A stretch of DNA of 64,000 nucleotides from contig NC_087246.1 in NCBI RefSeq assembly GCF_037042905.1, positions 2,048,001-2,112,000 on the forward strand, in the 5' to 3' direction. Positions 51,401 through 63,572 of this stretch are shown piece by piece; the first letter of the stretch is position 1, and every line of letters begins with the position of its first letter. A program made the translations under genes and the position numbers. The stretch comes from Lytechinus pictus (lineage: Eukaryota). The notes under the pieces were generated by a model, which was not told the DNA's origin, ran no database searches, and was given only the letters and a program-made list of their open reading frames with translations.

Positions 51401-54400
51401 ACTTCTGTATGTCCCATCTCAGCCGCTCTGAACAGAGGTGTGTGCTTAGTCTGATCAACAACATCAACAGCTGCACCATGCTGCAAAATTGGAAAACCAA
51501 GCAAATAATAACAAAGTACGAGGGAAAGAAATAGAACCTAATGAAGAGATGAAAATCTTGAGAACTGTTCGAGCAGACATTCAAGTTTCAAGTTTCAAGT
51601 TTCATTTATTTCTCCTCAAGAGATCAAGATAAAAATACATAAAAAATAGACAATGTAAACACAATATGCATCAAATTTAAAGAAAGTGAGGAAGGTAATG
51701 ACCAAAAAGGAAGAAACCTTGTGTGAGGCCAACCCATGCATTGATATTGTCAATAAAATCATGGTATTGAAATTGACCCAACTTGTACCTTACCTGTATA
51801 ACATTGGTAATTAAAACTCAACCACTCAACCACCTCAATGCTAACTAAAAAGTTATAGTGTATCTACTATAGGCATATGTATCCATGACTTAAAGATTAA
51901 AGCTTATAAGTTTAACGCTTGGAATAATATATCATATAAACATGCACCAATGAAAAAGAAAAAAAAAAATCTTTGGGAATATCATGGCACTTAAATGTTT
52001 CAAAATTTTCAAAGATGTGATCATAAATATTTTTTAAAAGAAAATGAATGGTCTATCATTAAACAAAAATAGACAATTAACAAGTTTTTAAGTTCACAAA
52101 TTGCTATGAAAAAAAATAGGAAAATCTAAAAATTATCATTTTTAAGACAATTCCAGTAATATTTCATGAATAATCCTAAAAATATCAAAATAATTGGACC
52201 TACCTGCAATAAGACATTGACTGTACTTGCATGGCCCGACATAGCAGCAGCATGGAGGGCTGATTAAAGAATGATTATTGAAATTTTACTATAAAGCACA
52301 ATATCAAAGGCACTCTATCTTGAGATTAATAGGGTGTGTATGTTAATGTGCTGAAAAGAGGACTTTGTGGTGAGCACAAGAAATACATGTACTGTACATC
52401 TTTAGGGCTCAGCAAGACAAGTCACACCACAGACAGATCTTTTTCCTTTAAATTTTCTTTATTGTCTCAAAGACAGAGAAATTTGAACATATTCAAACTT
52501 TATTAACTAAAGTTGCTAGCATATGCAAGACATTGTAAGACAATATCACTGAAGTTCTTTATGATTTGCCAACGCTAGCAACCACGTGATCACATGGCTC
52601 CTGCATAAAATCAACCCAATTTGCAATTTGTTGTACGTCCCAAAGAACCAATACAACATGTGTCAGAAAGTTGGCCAATCCAAATATCACTACACTGGCA
52701 GTATTCATTTTTGGGTGAGATATACCCTTAAGGGTTAAGGAATATTATATCATTATTTATATTTGGTTAGTTTAGTTAGTTTTATCTTAGTTTATCTTTG
52801 ATTTTCAGACAAATCTTGTACCTCCTTACATGAGGAACCCAGCAGGTCTTTGACTTGTGGGCAAGTCTTGTAACTTTTTACACAAGAGCCCAAGCAGATA
52901 AGTACAGTCTGAATTATACACTTACCTGTTGCTCCTGTTTTATCTGTAGCATTAATATCTTGTTTGAATTTCATCATGACCTCAATCACCCCATCTGCTC
53001 CTTTCCCAGCCGCCCACATGAGTGCTGACCTTCCTTCAAGGTCAGGCTCATCTGTGATCCCTTCTCTCTGAAGAAAGACTTCCACAGTCTCCTAGAAACA
53101 GACAGACGAAGCATGATCACACACATTGAAATTAATCAAAAATAGTTCGTAAAGGAAGGCAGACAGTGTTGCTGGATGGGACTAAAAAAGAAGTTAAGTA
53201 AAATTTTCAAGCTCCACATGTGCTGCACAGTGTGAATCCTGAAAAGGCTTGAATTAGAAAGTTGTCAGGGATTGAAGTCAGGCAAAATCCATTATATAAT
53301 GTACAGCGTAATGTTATTTAAGTCTTAACAGATTGCTGTGCTTCCAAGAGATTTGACTAAGGAAGAGTTAGATGTACATAAAGAACATAGCTGTGAATAA
53401 TCAGCAATAAAAAAGCATTAAGATACCACAGCATGATCACATTAAAGATGTCTGAATATCAATACCGTATGGTTATTCTGTGCTGCGTAGTGTAAGGGTG
53501 TGGCCCCGTTGGAATCCGAACAGCTGTAATTTGCATTCTTGTCCAGTAGCATGTTGACCATGTGGGTGTGGCCAAGGACAGCTGCCCAGTGGAGAGGGGT
53601 CCGGAACATATTGTCCAAGACAGAAATGTTGCACTTGACCAGTGGAGTCTAGGTCCAAAGAGAATGGTAAAGGAAATGGATTAGGTAAGTACATCATTTG
53701 CCACATATACATTAGGTTGCCTGCAATTATATGATCTCATTGATGATTGTATTTACTTCTAACATGTAGTTATATCATGCCACTTGTCAGTGCATATAAT
53801 ATTATGTATCCCAATACAATGCAGTGAAACTTGGCTATTTAAGTTGAAATAACAAATGTTCAAATTTAGACATATAATGACTTTGTTAATTGAGGAAGTC
53901 ATTCAATAATTTGAATAAGTCTACAATTTGAAATGGTGGCATTGCACATTTCATCTGATTTCGAAATAAAGCAATTTTCTACCCAATGACCAACATACCT
54001 GAAAATCTACTAGCCGTTGGACTATGGCAGTATTACCATTAGCAACAGCCAGGTGAAGTGCTGTTCTCCCCTCATAGTCCTGCCAGTTCACTACACTCGG
54101 TTCAGTGTCCTATACATGCAATGAAGGATTTAAAAAAGTAGAATGCCTCTTGCCTGCATTACACAATTCAATATAGCAAGTACATGTATGTTGACTTTGT
54201 AAAACTGAAATATCAAACAAATTCTCTTTTTCATTTTCCTGAGAGGACCATGATATTGATACCCTGCTTTAAGGAAAAAGGAAAGGAAATGAAAGGATAT
54301 GAATAGAATTAAACAAATAATCTATGACAAATGACCTTTGACCTTCATCCAATTAATTGCAGAGCTATCTATAAAGCTTTTCTCTTTTTTTTACATAGAC

Positions 54401-57400
54401 TGGTAAATTCAGCATAATCATATCAATGACATTCTTGACCATCATATCTATGATTTATGATGCTCAATGAATACATGCATCCCTTGCCAAGAGTTACTAT
54501 TCATTTTGCATGTACATTCCTTTGTAAGTGGAAGCATATTTATATATATTTATTTATAAAGCAGCCTTCAGTGTGCAAAGATTATAAGATATTGAAATAC
54601 TCCACCTCCTGTACTCCAGCCCTACAGGCAAATTCAGTTAAAAATACTGGTCTATACTCTATGTTAGCCAAATTGTTGGGTGGCAGTTGGGGAGGTATCT
54701 TCTAAATGAGGGAAATATAATTTACATGATTATATAATAAGTTATCAGAAGTGAGTTGCTATGTCAGGGGAATACATTAATATTTGATGGCATGCTTGAT
54801 GCTCCTAGTAATCACCATGACATAAAAAAGAACACCACATGAGGATGGTGATATGATAGCGTTACCCTGACTCTATTCTTACCAGTATGTGCTGAACCGT
54901 GTTAATAGCAGTAGGGGAATCCCCAGCATTAGCTGCCCAATGGAGTGGGGTCTTACCATCACTGTCTGGTATACCAATGTTGGAGCTCTAGAAAAAAAAG
55001 TGCATGTTCTGTTAATACATTGTTTTTATTACACTGAGAAATCATGTTTTTTATAAACATCATTTTATATCTTGTGAAATCATTAGTAAATCAGTTTCAA
55101 GATGTAAGGAAGATTTCTAATAGATTGATAATATGGAATGCAAAAATTTATTTTCATAAATTTGTAATTTCATTGGCATACAATGGTGTTAACTGATAAA
55201 AATTCCATGATATATTTGCCAATATGAAGTGGATGAATAAAAGCTACATCTAATCTATTTTGATATTGTACCAAATTTCCTCAGCTTTTTCACCCTAGTT
55301 TTCTTTCCTATTAAAACTTCCTAAAAGACAGGATAGACTTGCCCTTTATAAAAATGAATATATTCCTGACTTACATGTTTCACAAGCATTCTCACCGCTT
55401 CCTCATTTCCATAGGATGCACTCCAGTGTAAGGCAGTTCTCTGGAAATAGTCACAAAACAAAATCCTATATACCGGTAATCTTTTTATTACAAACATAAA
55501 TATTTGCGATACACACTCCACATTTCATCAAATTATGGAGAGTATCAAAGCATTAAAAAAACACCAAGATTTGATCAATGCGAAAAATCCACTAGCTCCA
55601 TCTCATTTTAAGAGGCAGATGATGATTGGCATTACTAGGACAAGGGCAGTACCACTTTGCAAGCACAAGCAATTTCTGGACAAACTGTACAAAATCTGGT
55701 TTTGTCAAATGCGGAAAATAAAAATGTAGGTCCCAGACAAGACTATTCAGTATAGGACACAGAAGATACATTGGTTTACCAGAATGTTTGAAGGTATTAA
55801 TCAGGACAGAAAGGTACTGTAACATAACTCTGACTCACAATAAGACTTTCACTTCCAGTGATCAAACTAAAGCTGGTGGTAGCACCAAGATTGTGACAGA
55901 CATCAGTACTATTTATAAACCAACTATCATAACTATTTTCATCAAAGATATAAACTGGCAATGATTTGAACCCTTCACCCAGCACGCGACACTGGCGCTG
56001 GGCCAATTATTGTTAAAAAATAGCAAAATTTACTGGTCCGACATGACCAGTAAAAAGTATATCAAACTGATACAAATTATATCTTCTCCTCTTTTGTGAA
56101 TTATGAAAATGTCTCTGGCCTCTCAAAAAAATGGCTCTCATTAATTATGCTGTTTATGTGGGTACTGTTTCTAAGTTTGTTTGTTTTTTTTTTGGGGGGG
56201 GAAGGGGGCAAATAAAAGACAGCAAAATAAACTAAAGTTTTTTTTTCTACATTTTTCTCTATTTTGGAGGACAAGTAAATTTTAGGTTTGGATCAGTAAA
56301 AAATTGAAAAACTTGTTATCTACTGGTCCAACTTGAACAGGTTGGACCAGTAGAAAAAAAACGGTTAGTGTGGAGCCTTGCTTCATCTGACGATTAATAA
56401 GCTTCATAACAATCAGACGGTAAAAAACGGACATACTGTAGCTTTTCGACATGCACTCATTTGAGTAAAATCACATGAAATGACTAGAGAACGCTAGAGC
56501 GAAACAATATATATTTTAGGGCTGGTACTAAGACTAAATTGTTTACCTTGACTGCCAATCATAGGTCCTTTAGCATCCATTGTTTCTTTCGGTTCTATTA
56601 AGGGGCCGTTCCACTATCACGATCTGAAAGGCTGATCCATCATTTTATTCAGATCGGCGTGATCGGCTAAAAACTTGAACAAGTTCAAAATTCCATGCTG
56701 ATTTTCCCGATCAGAAAACACCCATTTTGAATTGTGGGGGAAGCGGGAATAGTTTAAGCAACACGGCACTGGGCGTTGTGGCGTGCGCCTGTAATCCAAG
56801 CTGCGGGGAAGTTACAAATTGATGCAGAGGTTCGAGCCCTGGTCATGTCTTTCGGATGGTGACGTTAAAGGTCGGTCCCAGATGTAAATAATCATATCTG
56901 ATTAAAACATGTCCGACAAAACTCAAATACACACACACACGCAGTCGTGGGATGAGCATAATTAGGTCTTTCCTGGCGTACTTACAGCAGAACCCGCACA
57001 TAATGAATCCCCCATTCCTTTTATTACCATATTATTTTTCGCTGACTCCCGGTAAAATGGTTCATTTTTCCCCCGATCCTGCCTGATCTGGTTTGTCAAA
57101 TCATAGCCAAATCGGCACAGTGGATCAGGGCCTTATATATTGTTTCAATTTAGAGTTCTAGTCATTCATGCGATTTTACTCCAATGAATGCATGTAGAAA
57201 AGCTTGAGTATATCCATTTTTAAGGCTATTTTTACGATTTTCAGGTACCAAACAATCAGATCATTACATGCCTTAGCTTCATACCATCAAACATACCTTT
57301 GAATTATCTTGCTCATCTACTTCCCCTGGCATGAGTTGTTTCATGATAAGGGCAAGACATCTAGTATCTTTGTGTCTCGTGGCAAAGTGAAGACACGTCT

Positions 57401-60400
57401 GTCCCTCGTTGTCTTTTTCTCTCCAATAGGCTCCCTTAGATACTAGCAACTTGCATAGCCGAAACACTCCCTGCAAAGACCAAAGAAAAACATATTAAAA
57501 TCGCTACTTTGCTATGCGTGTAATGTCTATGTATGCTGCAAGAAATACTCAAACATCTAGTACATGCAACTATATATCCCATATATTTATTTCTTAATTT
57601 CGTTTTGGGCAATAAAACCATTGAGCACGGTATTTTCATGATTTTATATGTACTAGATCTCACTCAATTTGGAAAGGAAATGAAAGTCAGTGCAGTTGTT
57701 TAATCATAGTTTCATAAAAATTATACCACCACCATATATTTTGCTTAGGAACATTCCCTCAAAAGCTTGTGTATTATCCAAGATCAGGTTCCAAAGAAAA
57801 TATTTAAATGCAACAATATCAAAGAGAGTGCCCAGTAGCAATACATGAATAAATTATGTTTAAAAATATTATTTTTTTGAATTACGCTTGGGGATACCTT
57901 GTATGTAGCCCAGTGCAAGGCTGTCCTTCCTCCATTATCTTTGGCATCCACATTAGCTCCCTTTTTTATGAGGACCTCTGCACAGTCAAGTCGGTCAGCA
58001 AGTACTGCAAACATGAGAGGTGATCGCCCAAACTGGTCTGCCTGATCAACTTCTTGTGGGTATGCTACAAAAGAAATGAATTAATATAAAGGTTCATGAA
58101 ACTAGCCATCAATTTTAGAGCTACTGTAAGTAATTCAAATTCCATTGCGAATCAAGAACAAGTCTAAAAATCAAGTATAATGGGGAATTACAAGAAAGTT
58201 CAGTTGCAATTGAGTGCAAATTAATAATCATTTGTATATTATCAAATTAACACTTGATTTGGAATTGAACACAAGTTTCTTGCAACACCAATAACACTTT
58301 CAATATATTTCAAATTTTCAATTGACCATCAACATATACCGAAGTGATGTCACAAAAACCTTCTTTGCATTTCAGCATCTTTGATACCATTTTTTGGTAG
58401 AGCAATGTCATGAATAAACTACTCACAACCCAAATTTGGTGGGCATCTATCCATGGGGGCCCAATATATGACCTCATAAATATGTAATTAGCCCCACTGG
58501 AGTCAATGAATCATCTTGTCTGGTTCATAACATTTACATGTAGAGCCAAGCCAATAATACATTGATTTCAATGGGGCTACTTCATGAGGTCATATCTAAG
58601 GTCCCTATGGACTAATTCCCACCAAATGTAGGTTGTGGAGGTATTTGATCATGCTCTCCCCAAATATGATTTAAAAAATGCTGAAATTAAAAATGATAAA
58701 CTGATAACATCACACTTCAGTACTCTATTGCAACACAAAGTTACATTTGAATTAACAAACAGTACCAACTACCAAGAACAATAGTAATGATAAATTTAGT
58801 GTATTAACTGAGAGCAAACTTATGTTTTGAAAATCAGACCACTGTATTCATAGTGTCCCTATTTCAAAGAGGTACATCATCAAAACAAGAAAACACTGAA
58901 AACAACCACCCACATACAATGTACATGTGCATGTACTACACAAGGTAGAAATGTCACATCCTTTTATTAATTCAACATAAAATGACTGGGCATAAATGAC
59001 AATTAAAATACTAAATGAAATGTTCCATCTTTGTGAAAAAACTTTTAAAATGTTTACAGTCGGGGGTATTGCAAGAAAGTTCTTTGCATTGATTGGCCTT
59101 TTGATCGCACATATCAGTTTAAGTAAATCAATCTATAAATCCTGTTGTAAGAAGCAGAAGTAATGTTGTAAATCGGATCAAAAATCAGATCGAAAATCGG
59201 ATCGGCAGTTAAGCTTCTAAAATCGAAATCGAATCGAAAATCGAATCGGCGATGTTTAAAAACAAAGGAATACATCAAAATGTTGTTCGCGGTCGCGCGC
59301 ATCTTCCTGACAAAGTCACAAAGACGAATGCATTGGAATGGAAGTCGCCAACATGCGCGATCGTTTGGAACATGTTTTAAAGACAGGGGTTTTGAGGTGT
59401 TATTGCTTTCAAATAAACCGAGTGACTTTTATTAGAAAGATAAACGAAAGACGCATCTTCCGAGCAAAGGCGCAAAGGAAAATAAAATGAAAATATTTCT
59501 CATAGATCACAGGTTAATGAACGATCGGCGGAACATCTTTTAGAAGTATTTTTAAGGGGCTAGCGATTTAGAATTATTGGAATGATCTCTTACGACGCAT
59601 CATCTTAAAGTCGCAAGTGCAATTAAAATGAAGTAGAAGACGCAAGCACGCACGATGATTTGAAATATGTTATTAAAATGTTTTGGGTAGCTAGCGTTTT
59701 CAAATCAATTTGAAGTTCACGGCGGGGTCCGCTATCACCACGAGGTTGAAAATAAAATGTAAATCATCATAAACGATGTAAGAGAGTAACGCAATGAGCT
59801 CCGTCAATAGTACGACCTTTCAAAGTTCACGGCGGCATCCGCTATCACCACGAGGTTGAAAATAAAATGTATATCATCATAAACGATGTAAGAGAGTAAC
59901 GCAATAAGCTCCGTCAATAGTACAGTCTTTAAAAGTTTATGGCGGGGTCCGCTATCACCACGAGGTTGAAGAGAAGATTTATATCATTATAAAGGGGGTA
60001 AGAGAGTAGCGCAGTGAGCTCCGTCGGTAATACGACCTTTCAAAGTTAACGGCGGCATCCGCTATCACCACGAGGTTGAAAATAAAATGTATATCATCAT
60101 AAACGATGTAAGAGAGTAACGCAATAAGCTCCGTCAATAGTACAGTCTTTAAAAGTTTATGGCGGGGTACGCTATCACCACGAGGTTGAAGATAAGATTT
60201 ATATCATTATAAAGGGGGTAAGAGAGTAGCGCAGTGAGCTCCGTCGGTAATACGACCTTTCAAAGTTCACGGCGGCATCCGCTATCACCACGAGGTTGAA
60301 AATAAAATGTATATCATCATAAACGATGTAAGAGAGTAACGCAATAAGCTCCGTCAATAGTACAGTCTTTCAAAGTTCACGGCGGCATCCGCTATCACCA

Positions 60401-63075
60401 CGAGGTTGAAAATAAAATGTATATCATCATAAACGATGTAAGAGAGTAACGCAATAAGCTCCGTCAATAGTACAGTCTTTCAAAGTTCACGGCGGCATCC
60501 GCTATCACCACGAGGTTGAAAATAAAATGTATATCATCATAAACGATGTAAGAGAGTAACGCAATAAGCTCCGTCAATAGTACAGTCTTTCAAAGTTCAC
60601 GGCGGCATCCGCTATCACCACGAGGTTGAAAATAAAATGTATATCATCATAAACGATGTAAGAGAGTAACGCAATAAGCTCCGTCAATAGTACAGTCTTT
60701 AAAAGTTTATGGCGGGGTCCGCTATCACCACGAGGTTGAAGATAAGATTTATATCATTATAAAGGGGGTAAGAGAGTAGCGCAGTGAGCTCCGTCGGTAA
60801 TACGACCTTTCAAAGTTCACGGCGCCATCCGCTATCACCACGAGGTTGAAAATAAAATGTATATCATCATAAACGATGTAAGAGAGTAACGCAATAAGCT
60901 CCGTCAATAGTACAGTCTTTCAAAGTTCACGGCGGCATCCGCTATCACCACGAGGTTGAAAATAAAATGTATATCATCATAAACGATGTAAGAGAGTAAC
61001 GCAATAAGCTCCGTCAATAGTACAGTCTTTAAAAGTTTATGGCGGGGTCCGCTATCACCACGAGGTTGAAGATAAAATGTATATCATCATAAACGATGTA
61101 AGAGAGTAACGCAATAAGCTCCGTCAATAGTACAGTCTTTAAAAGTTTATGGCGGGGTCCGCTATCACCACGAGGTTAAAGAGAAGATTTATATCATTAT
61201 AAAGGGGGTAAGAGAGTAGCGCAGTGAGCTCCGTCGGTAATACGACCTTTCAAAGTTCACGGCGGCATCCGCTATCACCACGAGGTTGAAAATAAAATGT
61301 ATATCATCATAAACGATGTAAGAGAGTAACGCAGTGAGCTCCGTCGGTAATACGACCTTTCAAAGTTTACGGCGGCATCCGCTATCACCACGAGGTTGAA
61401 AATAAAATGTATATCATCATAAACGATGTAAGAGAGTAACGCAATAAGCTCCGTCAATAGTACAGTCTTTAAAAGTTTATGGCGGGGTCCGCTATCACCA
61501 CGAGGTTGAAAAGAAGCTTTATATCATTATAAAGGGGGTAAGAGAGTAGCGCAGTGAGCTCCGTCGGTAATACGACCTTTCAAAGTTCACGGCGGCATCC
61601 GCTATCACCACGGGGTTGAAAATAAAATGTATATCATCATAAACGATGTAAGAGAGTAACGCAATAAGCTCCGTCAATAGTACAGTCTTTAAAAGTTTAC
61701 GGCGGGGTCCGCTATCACCACGAGGTTGAAGAGAAGATTTATATCATTATAAAGGGGGTAAGAGAGTAGCGCAGTGAGCTCCGTCGGTAATACGACCTTT
61801 CGAAGTTCACGGCGGCATCCGCTATCACCACGAGGTTAAAAATCAAATGTATATAATCATAAACGATGTAAGAGAGTAACGCAGTGAGCTCCGTCGGTAA
61901 TACGACCTTTCAAAGTTCACGGCGGCATCCGCTATCACCATGAGTTGGAAGAGAAGATATCTATCCTCTTAAACATCGCCATAGATAATACCGCGTCTTT
62001 CTCCCTGAATAATACGACCTCTAAATAGCTAGCACCTCAAAAACAATCTTGAAATATGTTCTGAGCGATCACGCACTGTAACCAGATCTACGCCGATTTT
62101 TTATTTTCGATTTTTTCCTTCAAGGGGCATGATCGAAGATCGGCAAGTGATTGCCGATTGTGGTGAAATCGAATGGAATCGGTTGCCGATTGCAAAATCG
62201 GTTACAGAGCAATCAAGTGCAAATTTGCATCAAATGAAGGACTTTTAATGGATCTTAGGACCGGAATAGGCTGAAATTGACTTGTACATGTAATTGATTT
62301 CAAAGCCTAGCGTTCTCAAGTTTTGCTTAATCCTCAATCACCAAAATATTGACCACTGTTCAAATTGATACTACATTTCATAGGCCTGAGTTGGATGTGT
62401 CCTAAAAAAGGGGTTTTAGTATACATATTTTGCGATTTCAGATGACAATCTACATTTTGGTTAATATCCTGAATTTAAGAATTATCAAATGAAATAAAAA
62501 CCCTAATGAAGCATAAGTTTCTTTTGTGGGTCACTGGAACTGTGTGCATGGTTCCTACCTAGTCAATCCCTACTCACATATTAACATCATAATGCACATT
62601 ATACATGTATGGGATGCTACAAAATAAGCTGACCAATCATTTGTAATTCCTTTGAACATTCTGTTTATTTTACCATGAAAGTGGCAGGTGAAATCAACAT
62701 ATGTTACTTCTCCTTTATTGATATGGCATAGTGACATATTGAAATTATATCACTTGCACTTTCAAAATTAATGTGTTTATAAACTGTCACTAAACTTCAG
62801 GTAACCTGTACAATCATAAATACAAATCAATAATTATAAAAGATACATGTGATATATGACAAACCTTTGAGAAGTTTTTGAAGAGATGTCTTCTGACCAT
62901 TGACAGCAGCAGCATGGATCTGTGTGGTTGGGGATGCCTCTCTCTGGAGGGAAGTCATGGAATTAAGTACCCCACCCCCACGCCCTGGGGAAGGGGCCTG
63001 ACCTTTAACCTCAGGAATGGACTTAACCTCTGATGCTAATTGTAGTGGGGCTACCTCTGCATTGTGTCTTTTCAT
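42077..63075 (-). CDS. INVS: Inversin orthologue (ankyrin repeats plus IQ motifs), 19 coding exons, about 949 aa
   Basis: Inversin-diagnostic peptides IHAAAVNG, DQFGRSPLMFAVLADRLDCA, SNIGIPD..GKTPLHWAAN, NWQDYEGRT and LLMKHEQLRKDAAAK. All 18 introns are GT-AG with consistent phases; total CDS 2850 nt. Confidence 0.9.
42438..42770. repeat. (ATC)n microsatellite
   Basis: Imperfect CAT/ATC run. Confidence 0.95.
42831..42959 (-). CDS. INVS: Inversin exon 18
   Basis: ALSYNFAMEQYMPD..., phase-consistent. Confidence 0.75.
44008..44097 (-). CDS. INVS: Inversin exon 17
   Basis: GSMEAKEWFPGPPERKDRPDYMKYIPSPA, phase-consistent. Confidence 0.75.
44729..44970 (-). CDS. INVS: Inversin exon 16
   Basis: WERQIAACTIQLAWRRYYRRK. 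Confidence 0.85.
45617..45965. repeat. (ATC)n/(ACC)n compound microsatellite
   Basis: Seen directly in the sequence. Confidence 0.95.
46047..46484 (-). CDS. INVS: Inversin exon 15
   Basis: KREEQSKK...RRKNRAATIIQNAWR, phases 2/2. Confidence 0.85.
46938..47348. mobile_element. Fold-back MITE of about 410 bp with 3-bp TSD ATT
   Basis: GGCCCAAATTCACAAAG ... CTTTGTGAATTCGGGCC, palindromic over almost its whole length. Confidence 0.85.
47522..47616 (-). CDS. INVS: Inversin exon 14 (IQ1)
   Basis: CRFRGFCVRKTFVERKKLLMKHEQLRKDAAAK. Confidence 0.9.
48165..48389 (-). CDS. INVS: Inversin exon 13
   Basis: GMTALHWACSTGYLDA...GALSITGIRDMAATRIQ. Confidence 0.9.
49081..49258 (-). CDS. INVS: Inversin exon 12
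   Basis: AALGGH...QDNAGRTPLQCAAYGG...QDNE. Confidence 0.9.
50155..50206 (-). CDS. INVS: Inversin exon 11
   Basis: GGAQVKVVDQEGRSPLHW, phases 1/2. Confidence 0.85.
50211..50322. repeat. (AATTC)n pentanucleotide repeat
   Basis: Seen directly in the sequence. Confidence 0.85.
51381..51480 (-). CDS. INVS: Inversin exon 10
   Basis: HGAAVDVVDQTKHTPLFRAAEMGH. Confidence 0.9.
52204..52259 (-). CDS. INVS: Inversin exon 9
   Basis: ALHAAAMSGHASTVNVLLQ. Confidence 0.88.
52926..53091 (-). CDS. INVS: Inversin exon 8
   Basis: ETVEVFL...DLEGRSALMWAAGKG. Confidence 0.9.
53466..53648 (-). CDS. INVS: Inversin exon 7
   Basis: DNMFRTPLHWAAVLGH...GATPLHYAAQNNHT. Confidence 0.9.
53999..54109 (-). CDS. INVS: Inversin exon 6
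   Basis: VNWQDYEGRTALHLAVANGN. Confidence 0.9.
54883..54987 (-). CDS. INVS: Inversin exon 5
   Basis: SSNIGIPDSDGKTPLHWAAN...VQHIL. Confidence 0.9.
55375..55440 (-). CDS. INVS: Inversin exon 4
   Basis: RTALHWSASYGNEEAVRMLVKH. Confidence 0.9.
56601..57133. mobile_element. Harbinger-like MITE hosting a SINE
   Basis: Termini GGGGCCGTTCCACT / AGTGGATCAGGGCC, flanked by TAA/TTA. Confidence 0.55.
56766..56941 (+). mobile_element. Short SINE-like retroposon with 7SL (SRP RNA Alu-domain) head and (CA)n tail
   Basis: CTGGGCGTTGTGGCGTGCGCCTGTAATCCAAGCT resembles the 7SL 5' end. B-box GGTTCGAGCC; central TTCGGATGGTGACGTTAAAGGTCGGTCCC; ACACACACAC tail. Confidence 0.7.
57297..57470 (-). CDS. INVS: Inversin exon 3
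   Basis: GVFRLCKLL...EVDEQDNSK. Confidence 0.9.
57898..58064 (-). CDS. INVS: Inversin exon 2
   Basis: DQFGRSPLMFAVLADRLDCAEVL...ALHWATYK. Confidence 0.9.
59711..62022. repeat. 110-bp tandem array, about 21 units, two interleaved variants
   Basis: Units start at 59711, 59821, 59931 ... 61911 with exact 110-bp spacing. Confidence 0.97.
62865..63075 (-). CDS. INVS: Inversin coding exon 1
   Basis: AG|ATG...TTQIHAAAVNGQKTSLQKLLK G|GT. Upstream exons may exist beyond the window. Confidence 0.85.
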
Positions 63076-63164
63076 CTGTATAATAAGAAGTGAAATTCAA
63101 ACCCCAAAATATGATTATAAGTCGTTGGAGTCACTCATCGTCTTCACGGTCACTCTCATCATCT

Positions 63165-63484
63165 CATGGTCATTATCATCATCTCTATCTCTTTAATCAT
63201 CATAATCAATCGTCATCATCATCATCCCCACCACTACCACAACCACCAACAATGTCATCACCATCATCATCATTGACATCATCACCACCATCAACATAGT
63301 CATCATCATCATTGTCATCACCATCAACATTGTCATCATCATCATTATCATCATCATCATCACCATTGTCATCATCACCACCATCAACATCATCATCATC
63401 ATCACCATCAACATTGTCATCATCATCATCCACCATCAACATTGTCATCATCATCATCATCCATCATCACCACCATCAACATTG

Positions 63485-63524
<40 letters not shown>

Positions 63525-63572
63525 CCATCAACATTGTCATCATCAACATTGACATCATCATCATGTCATCAT
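63165..63572. repeat. (ATC)n microsatellite
   Basis: Seen directly in the sequence. Confidence 0.95.

Noticed and set aside
56766..56810. Human Alu contamination or a true SRP RNA gene
   Set aside because: The similarity stops after about 45 nt, the body and (CA)n tail are unrelated to Alu or the 7SL S domain, and it is embedded in native repeats.
59711..62022. CRISPR array or tandem hammerhead ribozymes
   Set aside because: The units are full-length tandem copies with no unique spacers, there are no cas genes, and the context is eukaryotic. I found no CUGAUGA...GAAA core on either strand.
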